DNA from: Endomicrobiales bacterium
Lineage (GTDB): Bacteria > Elusimicrobiota > Endomicrobiia > Endomicrobiales > CAWCFT01
Length of the DNA: 64,000 nucleotides
Reading direction: 5' to 3'
Assembly: GCA_963794945.1 (NCBI GenBank)
Contig: CAWCFT010000002.1
Coordinates: 117,581-181,580 of the forward strand
In this document: one piece after another, positions 33,129 through 43,568 of the stretch
Numbering within the stretch: position 1 is the first letter of the stretch
Layout: each line of letters opens with the position of its first letter
Program-made: the position numbers and the translations under genes
Notes under the pieces: model-generated
Told to the model about the DNA's origin: nothing
The model's input: only the letters and a program-made list of their open reading frames with translations
The model's database searches: none

Positions 33129-34411
33129 ATGAAGCGTTTTTTGAGCATTACCGCCTTACTGGCAGTTTGCCTTCCATTTTTTTCCTGTTCAAATAAACAA
33201 ATCCCCAAGGCTGACGTTGTGATATGGCACTGGATGACCGACCGCCAGGACGCCTTCGACAAGCTCGCCGATAAATACGAAAAGCTGACCGGTATAAGGG
33301 TCGTTTTTGAGACCTACGCGCCGTCCGATGTCTACAAGGACAAGGTGCACGCCGCAGCCGCCGGCAAGCTACTGCCGGAGATCTACAGCCCTCTCGGAGA
33401 TAAAAGAGAGATCGCCGCGTACATCAACGCCGGGTATATCGCCGACCTGACAGACGAAATGAACAAAGGCTGGAAAGATGAGTTCTTCGCGAAAACGCTT
33501 GCGCAGAGCACCTTTGAAGCCGGCAACGAGTGGGGAGTAAAACCAGGCATCTACAGCGTGCCGATCGACGTCAACGTCATGATGTTGTACTATAATAAAG
33601 ACCTTTTTAAGCAAGCGGGCCTCGACCCGGAAAAACCGCCGGAGACATGGGAACAATTTATTGAAGCGGGGGTAAAGCTTAGAAAAGCCGGTATTCAGCC
33701 TTTTGTAAGCGGTTTCGGCGAAGGATGGCTTATCGGCGTTTTTGCCGCGTCTTACGAATGGGCAATATTGGGAAAAGACGGCATATTAGATACTATCAGC
33801 GGTAAAATTAGATACACAGACCCCAGATGGGTAACTATTTTTGGTCTTTTTGATGACATGAGAAAGAATGACCTTTATTCTTCCGGCATAGCTACCATGC
33901 TCAACAAAGACGCTGAAAGGACATTCGCTACCGGACAGGCGGCGATAGCCCTGAACGGCTCGTGGGGTGTGAATGTCTATTTAAACATGAACCCTACGCT
34001 TAATTACGGCGTAATGATGCCCCCAAAACTTAAAGGATCAAAATACCCGATGTTGATATCAGGCGGCGAAGGCTCATCACTGAGCATCAACCCGGCGTCG
34101 CCCAATAAAGATAAGGCGGTCGCTTTCCTGAAGTGGCTGACAGAACAAAGAACAGCAGGCTTTCCTGGCGCAGGAAACCAGGAATATCCCTTCCAACAAA
34201 GACGCCGGCGGCAGACCTTTCTCCGGTGCTAAAAGAATTCTCAAATGACATAAATAACACGTTCGACCCTCTGCCGGTAACAGAACAATGGCAGGTCACT
34301 AACGCTTTAAATATAGGCCTCCAGGCGATAATCATAGGCGAAAAGAGGCCTGACCAGATAGCGCAAGAAGTCCAAAACCTGAAAACATCCGTGTCAAAAC
34401 CAGGCAAATAA
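33129..34411 (+). CDS. ABC sugar-binding lipoprotein, frameshift near 34150
   Basis: Lipobox FFSC; MLYYNKDLFKQAGLDPEKPPETWEQF; FATGQAAIALNGSW; KAVAFLKWLT. Confidence 0.88.
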
Positions 34412-34629
34412 TAACGCGTCTTTTACTTTGTTTTGAACTTGCATTAATCGCGGTTATGTGTTAGACTTGTTTTAAATATATTGTGATCGAGGACACGTGA
34501 AGTTCAACAAAAATGGACAGCTTAAATATCAGGCTTTGAGAACCTCTTCTGACGGGTTTATATCGAACGCTTTTTTTATTCATACTATCGGGTATGAGTT
34601 TTTTTATTTTAAAAGGGAGACTAATTAAA

Positions 34630-36120
34630 ATGAGTGAAGTTAAGCATTATACGACCAGCGCTGAAGACAAAGTTTCTATTTTCCAGAGGGTCGTTTACGG
34701 CCTTGGCATGTTCACTAATAATTTGGTGCCTGCCGCGCTGGGATGCATGGCCGTGGTTCTTAACCTGGGCCTGGGCATGAACCCGATACTGATCGGATAC
34801 ATCTTGTCGTTCCCGCGCCTTGTGGACGCGTTCACGGACCCGATCATGGGCTATATCTCAGACAATACAATGTCTAAATACGGCCGGCGTAAACCATATA
34901 TTATCATAGGAGCTATCCTTCTCGGTATCACGTTCGCCATGATGTGGCGCATCGGGTACGGCTTCAGCGAAATGTTCTACTTCTGGTTCTTCTTCGTCGG
35001 CTTTTTTGTAATGTTCATTTTCAATACAGTTTTTGCCATACCGTTCAACGCTCTGGGGTATGAAATGACCCCTGATTACCATGAAAGGACCAAGGTCATG
35101 GCATGGGCCAACTGGCTGGGACAGCTTCCCTGGCTTTTGTGCCCCTGGTTCTGGTGGATAATGGCGAATAAGACCTATTTCAAAACCCCAGTGGACGGAG
35201 CTATGTCCATCGCGCTGTGGGTAGGCGTGGCGGTGGTTATACTGGGAGTTATGCCGGGTATCTTCTGCCGTGAACCGTTCCGGAAAGTGGCTGACGACGA
35301 AATGGCGAAAGATGTTAAGAAACCGGGGTTAATGGAACACGCCCTTGGTTTTTTCAAGGGATTCGGCGTAACGCTTAGGAACACCGCGTTCTTGAAGATC
35401 TCCGCCGCGACCTTCCTTCTTTTTAACGGTTTCATGGTGATAGCCGGGTTGTCGATGTATATTTTTATTTACTTTACGTTTGGCGGCGACGCCGCCATGG
35501 GCGGAAAATACAACGGGTTGTTCGGAACGGTTTCCGCTCTTTCCACGATATTCCTAGTTATCCCGATCGTAACTCGCCTTGCTAAACTGGTAGGGAAAAA
35601 GGGCGCTTTCATGATATCGGCATCGCTCTCTCTCTTCGGGTTCCTTATAAAGTGGTGGTGTTTTAACCCCAAATACTCGTCACAATTCGTTCTTCATGTG
35701 CCCGTTATCGGAGATGTACAAGTCCTGATCCTTCTGCCGGCGATACTTATTTCTTTCGGCATAGGAAGCGTGTTTACGCTCATGGGTTCGATGATGGGCG
35801 ATACCTGCGACCTTGACGAGCTTAACTCCGGCAAGCGCCGGGAGGGAATGTTCGGGGCGATATACTGGTGGATGGTCAAACTCGGCCAGTCGCTTGCGTT
35901 TGCCCTTTCCGGGTATATCCTTAACGCGACCGGGTTCAGGGTAGCGTTGGGCGCGGGACAGTCAGCGGCGACATTGCTTAAGCTCAGGCTGTTCGACATC
36001 GGCCTTCCGATATTCACCACGCTCCTGGCGATACTCGCTATCGCGACTTATAACGTGAACGAACAAAAATGCCACGAGATCCGTCTTGAATTGGAAAAGC
36101 GCCGCGGCAAAACCGCTTAA
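34630..36120 (+). CDS. MFS glycoside-pentoside-hexuronide symporter
   Basis: PRLVDAFTDPIMGYISDNTMSKYGRRKPY; IPFNALGYEMTPDYHERT; DLDELNSGKRREGMF. Confidence 0.92.
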   Translation: MSEVKHYTTSAEDKVSIFQRVVYGLGMFTNNLVPAALGCMAVVLNLGLGMNPILIGYILSFPRLVDAFTDPIMGYISDNTMSKYGRRKPYIIIGAILLGITFAMMWRIGYGFSEMFYFWFFFVGFFVMFIFNTVFAIPFNALGYEMTPDYHERTKVMAWANWLGQLPWLLCPWFWWIMANKTYFKTPVDGAMSIALWVGVAVVILGVMPGIFCREPFRKVADDEMAKDVKKPGLMEHALGFFKGFGVTLRNTAFLKISAATFLLFNGFMVIAGLSMYIFIYFTFGGDAAMGGKYNGLFGTVSALSTIFLVIPIVTRLAKLVGKKGAFMISASLSLFGFLIKWWCFNPKYSSQFVLHVPVIGDVQVLILLPAILISFGIGSVFTLMGSMMGDTCDLDELNSGKRREGMFGAIYWWMVKLGQSLAFALSGYILNATGFRVALGAGQSAATLLKLRLFDIGLPIFTTLLAILAIATYNVNEQKCHEIRLELEKRRGKTA

Positions 36121-36131
36121 CCTTCAAGCAG

Positions 36132-36244
36132 ATTCAAAATTAAATATCAAAATGCAAATATATTGTGTTCGCATACGCGAACTGATTTAAATTAATCCCG
36201 AACTTTTTGGACAACTAAATTTTAAATTTTGATATTTGATTTTA
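36132..36244. repeat. Inverted heptad-repeat element related to 25536-25655
   Basis: Shares attaaatatcaaaat and aattttgatatttgat with the gcvT-gcvH element. Confidence 0.6.
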
Positions 36245-36265
36245 TTCAAAGAAAATTGGCAAACC

Positions 36266-37156
36266 ATGAATTTTATCAACTCGGTCAAAAAATATTTCAC
36301 TTCTTACCTGTTCATCCTGCCTGCGTTATTGATGTTCGCTGTTTTCAGCATTTATCCTTTCTACAAGGTGTTCGCGCTCAGCGTATACAGCTGGGACGGC
36401 ATCTCAAGCGCCATGAAGTTCGTGGGGCTTGACAACTATATCCATATATTGACAAGAAACCCCAACTTCTGGACGGCTATGGGCAACGCCGCGTACATAA
36501 CGGTGCTCGCCTTGATCGTGCAGAACGGCCTAGCGCTTCTTTTGGCCCTGCTCGTTAACAGGGAAATAAAAGGGGACAATATTTACAGGACCATTTTCTT
36601 TCTGCCTCCGGTCCTGTCGGGCATAGTTGTCGGGCTCATATGGAAGTGGATCTACGACGGCAATTACGGGATATTGAACCATTGCCTGGTAAGCCTGGGC
36701 TGGGCAAACCTTAAGAATTTTGCCTGGCTTGCCGAAAAGAAAACATCGCTTACGGCTGTCGCGATAGTCCATATGTGGAAGGGTTTCGGATACGGGTTCA
36801 TAATTCTGCTGGCCGGCCTGCAAACGATACCGAATGAACTCTACGAAGCCGCGAGGGTTGACGGCGCGGACGCGTGGCAGCAGTTCAAACATATCACCGT
36901 GCCGTCTATGATATCGGTCTTCACGCTGGTCTCCATACTGACTATTCTCGGCACCATGCAGATATTCGACCTCATATACTCCATGACGCGCGGCGGGCCG
37001 GCAGGCCACACCCACGTGCCTATAACAAGGATATATGAATACATGGCGAACGGCGAGTTCGGCTATTCGTCGGCGATATCTGTGATCTTCGGGATGATAC
37101 TGTTCATAGTCTCAATTATTCCAGCTAAAATTTTCAAGGAAGATGAAACAATATGA
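36266..37156 (+). CDS. Carbohydrate ABC transporter permease 1
   Basis: FVGLDNY; YRTIFFLPPVLS; LAGLQTIPNELYEAARVDGA (EAA loop). Confidence 0.93.
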   Translation: MNFINSVKKYFTSYLFILPALLMFAVFSIYPFYKVFALSVYSWDGISSAMKFVGLDNYIHILTRNPNFWTAMGNAAYITVLALIVQNGLALLLALLVNREIKGDNIYRTIFFLPPVLSGIVVGLIWKWIYDGNYGILNHCLVSLGWANLKNFAWLAEKKTSLTAVAIVHMWKGFGYGFIILLAGLQTIPNELYEAARVDGADAWQQFKHITVPSMISVFTLVSILTILGTMQIFDLIYSMTRGGPAGHTHVPITRIYEYMANGEFGYSSAISVIFGMILFIVSIIPAKIFKEDETI

Positions 37157-37994
37157 ATGAAGCCAGAACAAAAAAAATCTGATCAGCATTATAACGCATA
37201 CTATATCTTATAATAATTGCGTTATCATGTATTTTCCCGGTGTTCTGGATGATATCGTCATCGCTCAAAACACAGGATGAAATTTTCACCAAGATGGATC
37301 TTTTACCCCAACACTGGAACTTTTCAAACTATGCTGAAGTATGGACAAAAGCTGAATTTGGCAGGTACTTCCTTAACAGCGTTATATATACGGTTTTCGG
37401 TGTTTTCGGCGTAGTCTTTATCAGCTCGCTTGCCGCCTACGGTTTTGCAAGGCTTGAGATACCCGGGAAAGAATTTTATATTTCTGCTGCTGGTCTCAAC
37501 CATGTTACTGCCTATACCCGGAGTATTTGTTCCTCTTTATCTTTTATTAAATAAACTCCATCTGCTCGACACAAGGTTGGGTTTGATCCTCTGTTATATA
37601 AACGGAGGGCTCGCTTTCGGCATTTTTCTTCTGAGATCTTTTTTCGAAGAACTGCCAATAGAGATAGAAGAGGCCGCATTAATAGACGGCGCTTCGAGGT
37701 TTCGGGATATACTGGCGAATAGCGCTTCCGCTCGCAGGGCCTGCAATCGCTACGCTGGTTATATTTAATACTCTCTCCATCTGGAACGAGTTCCTTCTCG
37801 CTCTTGTTGTTTTGCAGGACAAGTCCAAAATGCCCATACAGCGCGGCCTAATGGTTTTCCAGGGCACACACATAACCGACTACCCGCTACTGATGGCGGG
37901 GCTGACCATAGCCACGATTCCTGTCCTTGTCGTCTATCTTCTTATGCAGAAGCATATAGTTAAAGGCATAGCGGCAGGAGCACTCAAAGGCTAA
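37153..37994 (+). CDS. Carbohydrate ABC transporter permease 2, several frameshifts
   Basis: Fragments WMISSSLKT, SSLAAYGFARL, FFEELPIEIEEAALIDGA, WNEFLLAL, QKHIVKGIAAGALKG. Confidence 0.85.
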
Positions 37995-37999
37995 CAATA

Positions 38000-38078
38000 T
38001 AATTTAAGATTTAAGATTAACGAATTTAGAAGATTCAAGATTAATTGTCATCTTGTAATCTGTGTAATTTTCAATTGC
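38000..38078. repeat. Inverted heptad-repeat element
   Basis: atttaag-atttaag-attaacg-aatttag ... cttgtaat-ctgtgtaat. Confidence 0.45.
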
Positions 38079-38085
38079 ATTAATT

Positions 38086-39320
38086 ATGGAAAAATTAAAA
38101 TTCTGGTTAATGCCCAACGGCGGATTTGAAAGCAAGCAGACAATAGAGCGGGAACTCGCCTTTTTCAAAAAACAAAACCCCAAGATAGAAGTAGAGTACG
38201 AAATACTATCTTGGTCGCGGGCCTGGTTCCAGCTAATGCAGGCCATAAAGGAAAAATCCGGGCCCGACATCATCCAGATCGGCACGACCTGGATAGGCAC
38301 GCTGGGCTACCTCGGCGCCGTTCACAAACTAGACAAACGCGTAAGGCCGAAAGAACAATTTTGTTCCTACTTTCCTCAACATCTGCCGTTTTTTCGACCA
38401 CCTCTGGGCGCTGCCGTGGTTCTGCGAAGGCAGGGTGCTTTTCTACAGGAAAGACGTCCTAAAGAAGGCGGGCGTCAATCCGCAGGACATAAACACCTGG
38501 GATTCGTTCAAACAGGCGTGCGGTAAGATAGCGAGATCAGCGGCCAGCTCGTCGAACATCGCCCCTTTGGGTTTTTCCGCGCAGAAAGAACAGGTGATAC
38601 TGCAGGACCTCGCCTCATGGATATGGTCAAACGGGGGGGACTTCCTCTCGCAGGATTCTAAGCACGCCACGCTGACTTCTTCAGAAACAAAGCAGGGCAT
38701 GAAGTTCTTCGCCCAGCTGATATGCGATAACCTCATCTCACGCGATTCGCTGGAGCAAAACACCGGCGAGGTGGCCGAGAACTTCTTCATGCATGATTCT
38801 TACGCTTTCATGTTCTCAAGCTCGTGGCCCCTGCAGGTCTACCTTAACACCGCGTCTAAACACTTCATAGGAAAACCGCAGGCTGAGAACTACGGCGTTA
38901 TACCCATTCCTTCCGGCCCGGCCGGCAGGTACAATTTTGTAGGCGGAAGCGCGCTTGCCATAACCAGCTTCAGCAAACAGCCGGACAAGGCGATGAAACT
39001 GCTGGAGTCTTATGACCACAAAAGACTCCGTTACCAGGTACTGCAAAAGCATAAACATGCTCCCCAGCCGCGTCGACGCACAGATAACGCTCAACTCGGC
39101 CAAGGCCACGCTCAAAGTTTACCAGGACGCGATAAACCTCTCCGGCCGCAGTTTCCCTATGCACCCTTTGTGGGGAAGCATCGAGCAGATAATACTAAAC
39201 GGCATGGCCTACACGCTGAGGGATTTCATACAGTCCAACTGCAACCAGAACGCGTTTTTCCATAACCTTGGCGAGATCAACCAGGAGATAGAGTATATGC
39301 TGTCGGTGTTTGGAGAATAG
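38086..39320 (+). CDS. Sugar-binding protein homologue with no signal peptide, frameshifts near 38345 and 39005
   Basis: Starts MEKLKFWLMPN; GPDIIQIGTTWIG; LFYRKDVLKKAGV; IPSGPAGRYNFVGGSALAI. Confidence 0.8.
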
Positions 39321-39327
39321 GTGTTGA

Positions 39328-39442
39328 TGTCATACCGGATTTTGTAAGGCAGGGTGCCTGCCCGCCGTGTTGTAGTGGCGGGAGGGATCTGTCTTGAATA
39401 AGAATCAAGATTTCTCTCCGCCAAAGGCGGATCGAAATGACA
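39328..39442. repeat. TGTCAT...ATGACA REP-like element with nested ccgccaaaggcgg hairpin
   Basis: Termini tgtcat/atgaca; shares agatttctc...gatcgaaatgaca with 49303-49367. Confidence 0.65.
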
Positions 39443-39459
39443 GAAGTGGTGTAAAATAT

Positions 39460-40908
39460 ATGACAAATGTATCTGAAAAACTTTTTAAGATCAGCGAGAA
39501 CTTCCAGGAGCTTATCGGCGACATGGACGAGGCGCTGAGGCTCAACCTTGAGCTCCTCATCGGCTCGCTTGCGTTCGACAGGGCGGCGGTGTTCCTGCTC
39601 GACGAAAAAGAGGAGGTCCTCCGCCCGCGGCAGATAGCGACCATCTACGGCGAGGTGGAAGGCGAAGGGGAAAATTTCGTTTCCGCGAAAAAAGGCAACA
39701 GCTTCTCGGAAGCCCTGAAAAAAGGGAAAGTCATAGTCCGCGCCAAAAAGTCCGAGCAGAGCGTTTACGTGCCTTTAATTTTCGGGGGGCAAAAGCTCGG
39801 CGTGCTGCGTGCCGACAACTTTTTTTCTCAGAAGCCCGTAAAAAAAGAGCAGCTTGACGACCTCTCTCTCTTCTCAAAACTATTTGCTATCGGCATATAT
39901 AACTCCACGACGCACATGTACCAGAAGCACCAAGTGGACAAGCTTACCACGCTCACCCGCATAGGCACGGCAATAGCGACCACGTTCAAACTGGGCGAGA
40001 TACTGGAGCTCGCGCTTTCGTCGCTTGTTAAGGACTTGGGCTACGACAGGGCGCAGGTCTACCTTTTGGACGACGCAAACAAGATAAGGGAGAACTTGAG
40101 CATTGATTTCCGCGGCTACTTCCGGACGCTGGAAGACGTTACCAACGTTTCCCAGCTTTTCGGCTCGATGCTCTTCCGTGACAACAAGCCTGCGTTCCAG
40201 ACAAGAAAACTTTCGTCAAACCTCATAGCCAACATACCCATCAACTGCAAAGGCCGCAACACGGGGCTTCTGATAGTTGATAACCTGTTCACCCGCCAGT
40301 CGCTTACGGCTTACGACCTCTCCTTCTTGAGCATTCTTGCCGACCAGCTCTCGACCGTCATAGAGAACTCAAGGCTGTTCGAAAGAGTTGAAAAACTCTC
40401 CATAACCGACAGCCTCACCGGGCTTTTCAACCACAGGTATTTTTACGAGCGCCTTAGCGAAGAAATATCCCGTTCCAGCCGTTTTGGCAACAACCTCTCG
40501 CTTATAATGCTAGACATTGACAACTTCAAGAACTTCAACGACACCTTCGGCCACCAGGCCGGCGACACGGTGCTGACAACTGTCGCAGAGGTTATCCAGG
40601 AAAATATCCGCGCCATAGACGTAGCCAGCCGTTACGGGGGCGAGGAGATAGCCATAATACTGCCCGGCACCGACATCGAGGGCGCAAAGATCATAGCCGA
40701 GCGCATAAGGGTGGGGATAAAGGAGCGCGAACTCAAGTTCAACCAGCAGTCAACGCACGTCACCGTAAGCATCGGCCTCGTCTGCTACCCCGTCGACGCC
40801 ACGATAAAATCCGAACTCGTCCGTAAGGCCGACCAGGCCTTATACTGGGTAAAACACCACGGCAAAGACGGCGTCTGCGCCTACTCCCGCTGCGAAGACT
40901 ACCAGTAA
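39460..40908 (+). CDS. GAF-GAF-GGDEF diguanylate cyclase
   Basis: Two GAF-like domains; SITDSLTGLFNHRYF; DIDNFKNFNDTFGHQAGD; RAID I-site; RYGGEEI; no TM. Confidence 0.93.
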   Translation: MTNVSEKLFKISENFQELIGDMDEALRLNLELLIGSLAFDRAAVFLLDEKEEVLRPRQIATIYGEVEGEGENFVSAKKGNSFSEALKKGKVIVRAKKSEQSVYVPLIFGGQKLGVLRADNFFSQKPVKKEQLDDLSLFSKLFAIGIYNSTTHMYQKHQVDKLTTLTRIGTAIATTFKLGEILELALSSLVKDLGYDRAQVYLLDDANKIRENLSIDFRGYFRTLEDVTNVSQLFGSMLFRDNKPAFQTRKLSSNLIANIPINCKGRNTGLLIVDNLFTRQSLTAYDLSFLSILADQLSTVIENSRLFERVEKLSITDSLTGLFNHRYFYERLSEEISRSSRFGNNLSLIMLDIDNFKNFNDTFGHQAGDTVLTTVAEVIQENIRAIDVASRYGGEEIAIILPGTDIEGAKIIAERIRVGIKERELKFNQQSTHVTVSIGLVCYPVDATIKSELVRKADQALYWVKHHGKDGVCAYSRCEDYQ

Positions 40909-40989
40909 TACCGCTGTATTGAGTTTGTCTTCCTGAAGGTTATTTGATATTTTTAGGATTTCAAAATTGCCTTATATAGGGGGTATTAA

Positions 40990-42516
40990 ATGGCCGATAT
41001 CAGCTTTATTAAGCTCATTCCTGTAAACCGCATCCTTCCTTCCCGCTACCAGACCCGCAAAGATTTCAATGAAGAAAGCCTCAAGAGCCTTGCCGAATCC
41101 ATCAAGAATGAGGGGCTCGAGCAGGCCGTAATGGTCAGGCTGATCCCTGCCCCAAACCCTCTGCCGCCGGGCTTTACTTCACCTGATGGGGAATGGTACG
41201 AACTCATATTTGGCGAGCGGCGCCTGAGGGCCCACAGGCTGGCCGGCCTGGACATGATAGAGGCCAAGGTGGTAGAAGTAGTCAGCGAGGCCACAGCCGC
41301 AGCCAAAGCAACTGTAGAGAACTCCCAGAAATCTGAGCTCAACCCAATAGAGGAGGCCGAGAACTTCGATACCCTGAACCGGTTGGACCCATCCTATTGG
41401 ACACACGACCGCATAGCTTCTATCGCGGGTGTAAGCAGGGAATATGTTACAAAATCAATAGGAATGCTAAAAATGTCGGAAACAGTAAAGAACAATGTGC
41501 GCCGGCGCACATTGAGCCGCAGCCATGCCCTTGAAATAGCCCGACTTACAGATTCACCCATTCAAGAAGAGGCCGCCAACACCATAATAGCCGGGGACCT
41601 TAACCGCGCATCCACCCGCAAGCTTATAGATAAAATGCTCCTTGCCCAACAAGGGCAAGTAATCCCAACAGATGAGGTTCTATCCCCTTCGCCCCATGTT
41701 CTGGGAGAAGGCGAGGATGAGGGGGATGCTGCTGCCACTACAGTCTTTACCAGCTTCTCCAGCCTGCCCGGCCTGACCAACCGGTTCATCCAGGCCATAG
41801 CCAAGCGTAAGGACTTCGCCGTTGATACCAAAGTTTCAGCTTCCGAGTTTCAGGTTACGGGTACCGGCCCTACCGCAGGTACCTCTTTAGCCACTTCTCA
41901 CCCTGGGGAGAAGACTGGTGATGAGGGGGGACGTGCCCTAAATGCAGGCGCCAGTAAAGTTGGCGCAACACAGCCCATCCCTTCAGGCATGGAAGTCCGG
42001 GAAACACCCCGCGGCGCAACCCTGAACCTGAGCATAGACATCAAGCACGACCACCTTCCTGACATATATAGGAAGGCCCAGTTCCTGGCCGATACAGGCA
42101 AGGAGCTAAAAACCATAGCCGACACCCTATCTAAACAAACTAGAAAAACCCCAAATTCCAAACGGATACAACTCTCTAACCCTAAAAGGGCAAATAACAG
42201 CCCCAAGCCTCAAGAATTGTCATCAACTAGCGCCCAAGTCGTTGATCCAGCAGCCCAAGTGAGCTCCGCCTCGCCAGCCAGCGGTTCGGCACCGGGAGAT
42301 AAAGGTGTTAATGCCCCTGCCGCCGAAAGCATTGAAGAATTTATAGATCATGCTAATAAACAGAAGATAGACATGTTACACACTTTCAAGGACATGCTTA
42401 AAACTCCGGAAGGCCGGGCCCAGCTCGAACCGGTTGCCAAAGCCAACGGCTTTCAAACTCCGGAAGAATTTATAGCCAAAATGGAAAAAGACTTGAGGGA
42501 TCAGGGCTTGTTGTAA
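40990..42516 (+). CDS. Orphan ParB/Spo0J-like protein with long low-complexity C-terminal region
   Basis: QTRKDFNEESLKSLAESIKNEGLEQAVMVR; YELIFGERRLRAH; VENSQKSELNPIEEA; HTH THDRIASIAGVSREYV. Confidence 0.88.
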   Translation: MADISFIKLIPVNRILPSRYQTRKDFNEESLKSLAESIKNEGLEQAVMVRLIPAPNPLPPGFTSPDGEWYELIFGERRLRAHRLAGLDMIEAKVVEVVSEATAAAKATVENSQKSELNPIEEAENFDTLNRLDPSYWTHDRIASIAGVSREYVTKSIGMLKMSETVKNNVRRRTLSRSHALEIARLTDSPIQEEAANTIIAGDLNRASTRKLIDKMLLAQQGQVIPTDEVLSPSPHVLGEGEDEGDAAATTVFTSFSSLPGLTNRFIQAIAKRKDFAVDTKVSASEFQVTGTGPTAGTSLATSHPGEKTGDEGGRALNAGASKVGATQPIPSGMEVRETPRGATLNLSIDIKHDHLPDIYRKAQFLADTGKELKTIADTLSKQTRKTPNSKRIQLSNPKRANNSPKPQELSSTSAQVVDPAAQVSSASPASGSAPGDKGVNAPAAESIEEFIDHANKQKIDMLHTFKDMLKTPEGRAQLEPVAKANGFQTPEEFIAKMEKDLRDQGLL

Positions 42517-42625
42517 CAGGAGTTAGCGAAGTTAACGAAGCAGGGCAGTTATTTTTTTACCACACGATTGTATTTCAGCAAATATCTGCGAAATACATTA
42601 TTGGTATAGTTTTTAAGGAGATAAT

Positions 42626-43540
42626 ATGAAGCTCAGTAAAAACAAATCTTTTATTCTAGCGGTTGAATTCTTGCCGCTTCTGTGCGCAATTGACTGGTTA
42701 TTGAAATGTAATACGGGCGGTTTTGATGAGTCGTTTATCTATACCATCAATTTTTTACTATTATATGTGATGGTCTCCATTATAATATTGTTTATATTTC
42801 TACAAGCGATAATAGCTAAGGAAGATAAACCAAACTTATCCGAGATTATTATTTTTCTTCTGCTTTTTATCTGTCAGATACCGTTTCCTTCTTATATACA
42901 GATTGATTTATGTTTGGCGATATTTACTTTAGCAGTATCATTTATTTACATTATTTTTGCAAGGCGTGATCAATGGGTATTGGGCGCCGGTATAACTATT
43001 TTATCATGCATTTTAATACCATCGGCGCTATCTAATGGCATACGTAGTGCTCAATATCGGCAGGAATTGTTTAAATATTGGCAGAAATTGTCAATGAATA
43101 CTTTCGAACATAAATTAGATTATCAAAATATTGCCTTATCATCTAATAGTAAAGTTGATAACCTGCTCCCGTCAGATGTAAAACAACCGGTAAATACTGA
43201 AAAAGCGAATATGCCTGCGGGTTATAAGCCGGCGAGCTGGCAAGAGTATATTATATCCGGTAAAACCTTCTATATGATTTTTGATAAAACCAGCGGCAAG
43301 TTTGATCATATAGGCACGCTTAAGATGGGTGAGACTTACACATTAACTTATACTAATGGCAAGTTTATCTGCACCGGATTCAACCTGGGCACTAATAATG
43401 TGGGTACCTGGGCCTATTCAAACTGCGACCCCAGACAAATGAAGATATCTTTATGGGGTAGAGGTTATACCTATAACGAGAAGGGCGATATTATCGATTC
43501 ACAATATGGATTAGTCGGGCATCTGTCCAGCGCCCGGTGA
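42626..43540 (+). CDS. Multi-TM membrane protein with conserved C-terminal soluble domain, paralogue A
   Basis: AT-rich; ~5 TM; last ~135 aa nearly identical to those of 43569..44900; AAGGAG RBS. Confidence 0.75.
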   Translation: MKLSKNKSFILAVEFLPLLCAIDWLLKCNTGGFDESFIYTINFLLLYVMVSIIILFIFLQAIIAKEDKPNLSEIIIFLLLFICQIPFPSYIQIDLCLAIFTLAVSFIYIIFARRDQWVLGAGITILSCILIPSALSNGIRSAQYRQELFKYWQKLSMNTFEHKLDYQNIALSSNSKVDNLLPSDVKQPVNTEKANMPAGYKPASWQEYIISGKTFYMIFDKTSGKFDHIGTLKMGETYTLTYTNGKFICTGFNLGTNNVGTWAYSNCDPRQMKISLWGRGYTYNEKGDIIDSQYGLVGHLSSAR

Positions 43541-43568
43541 GTTTCTAAAAAAAGGAGACTGAAATAAT

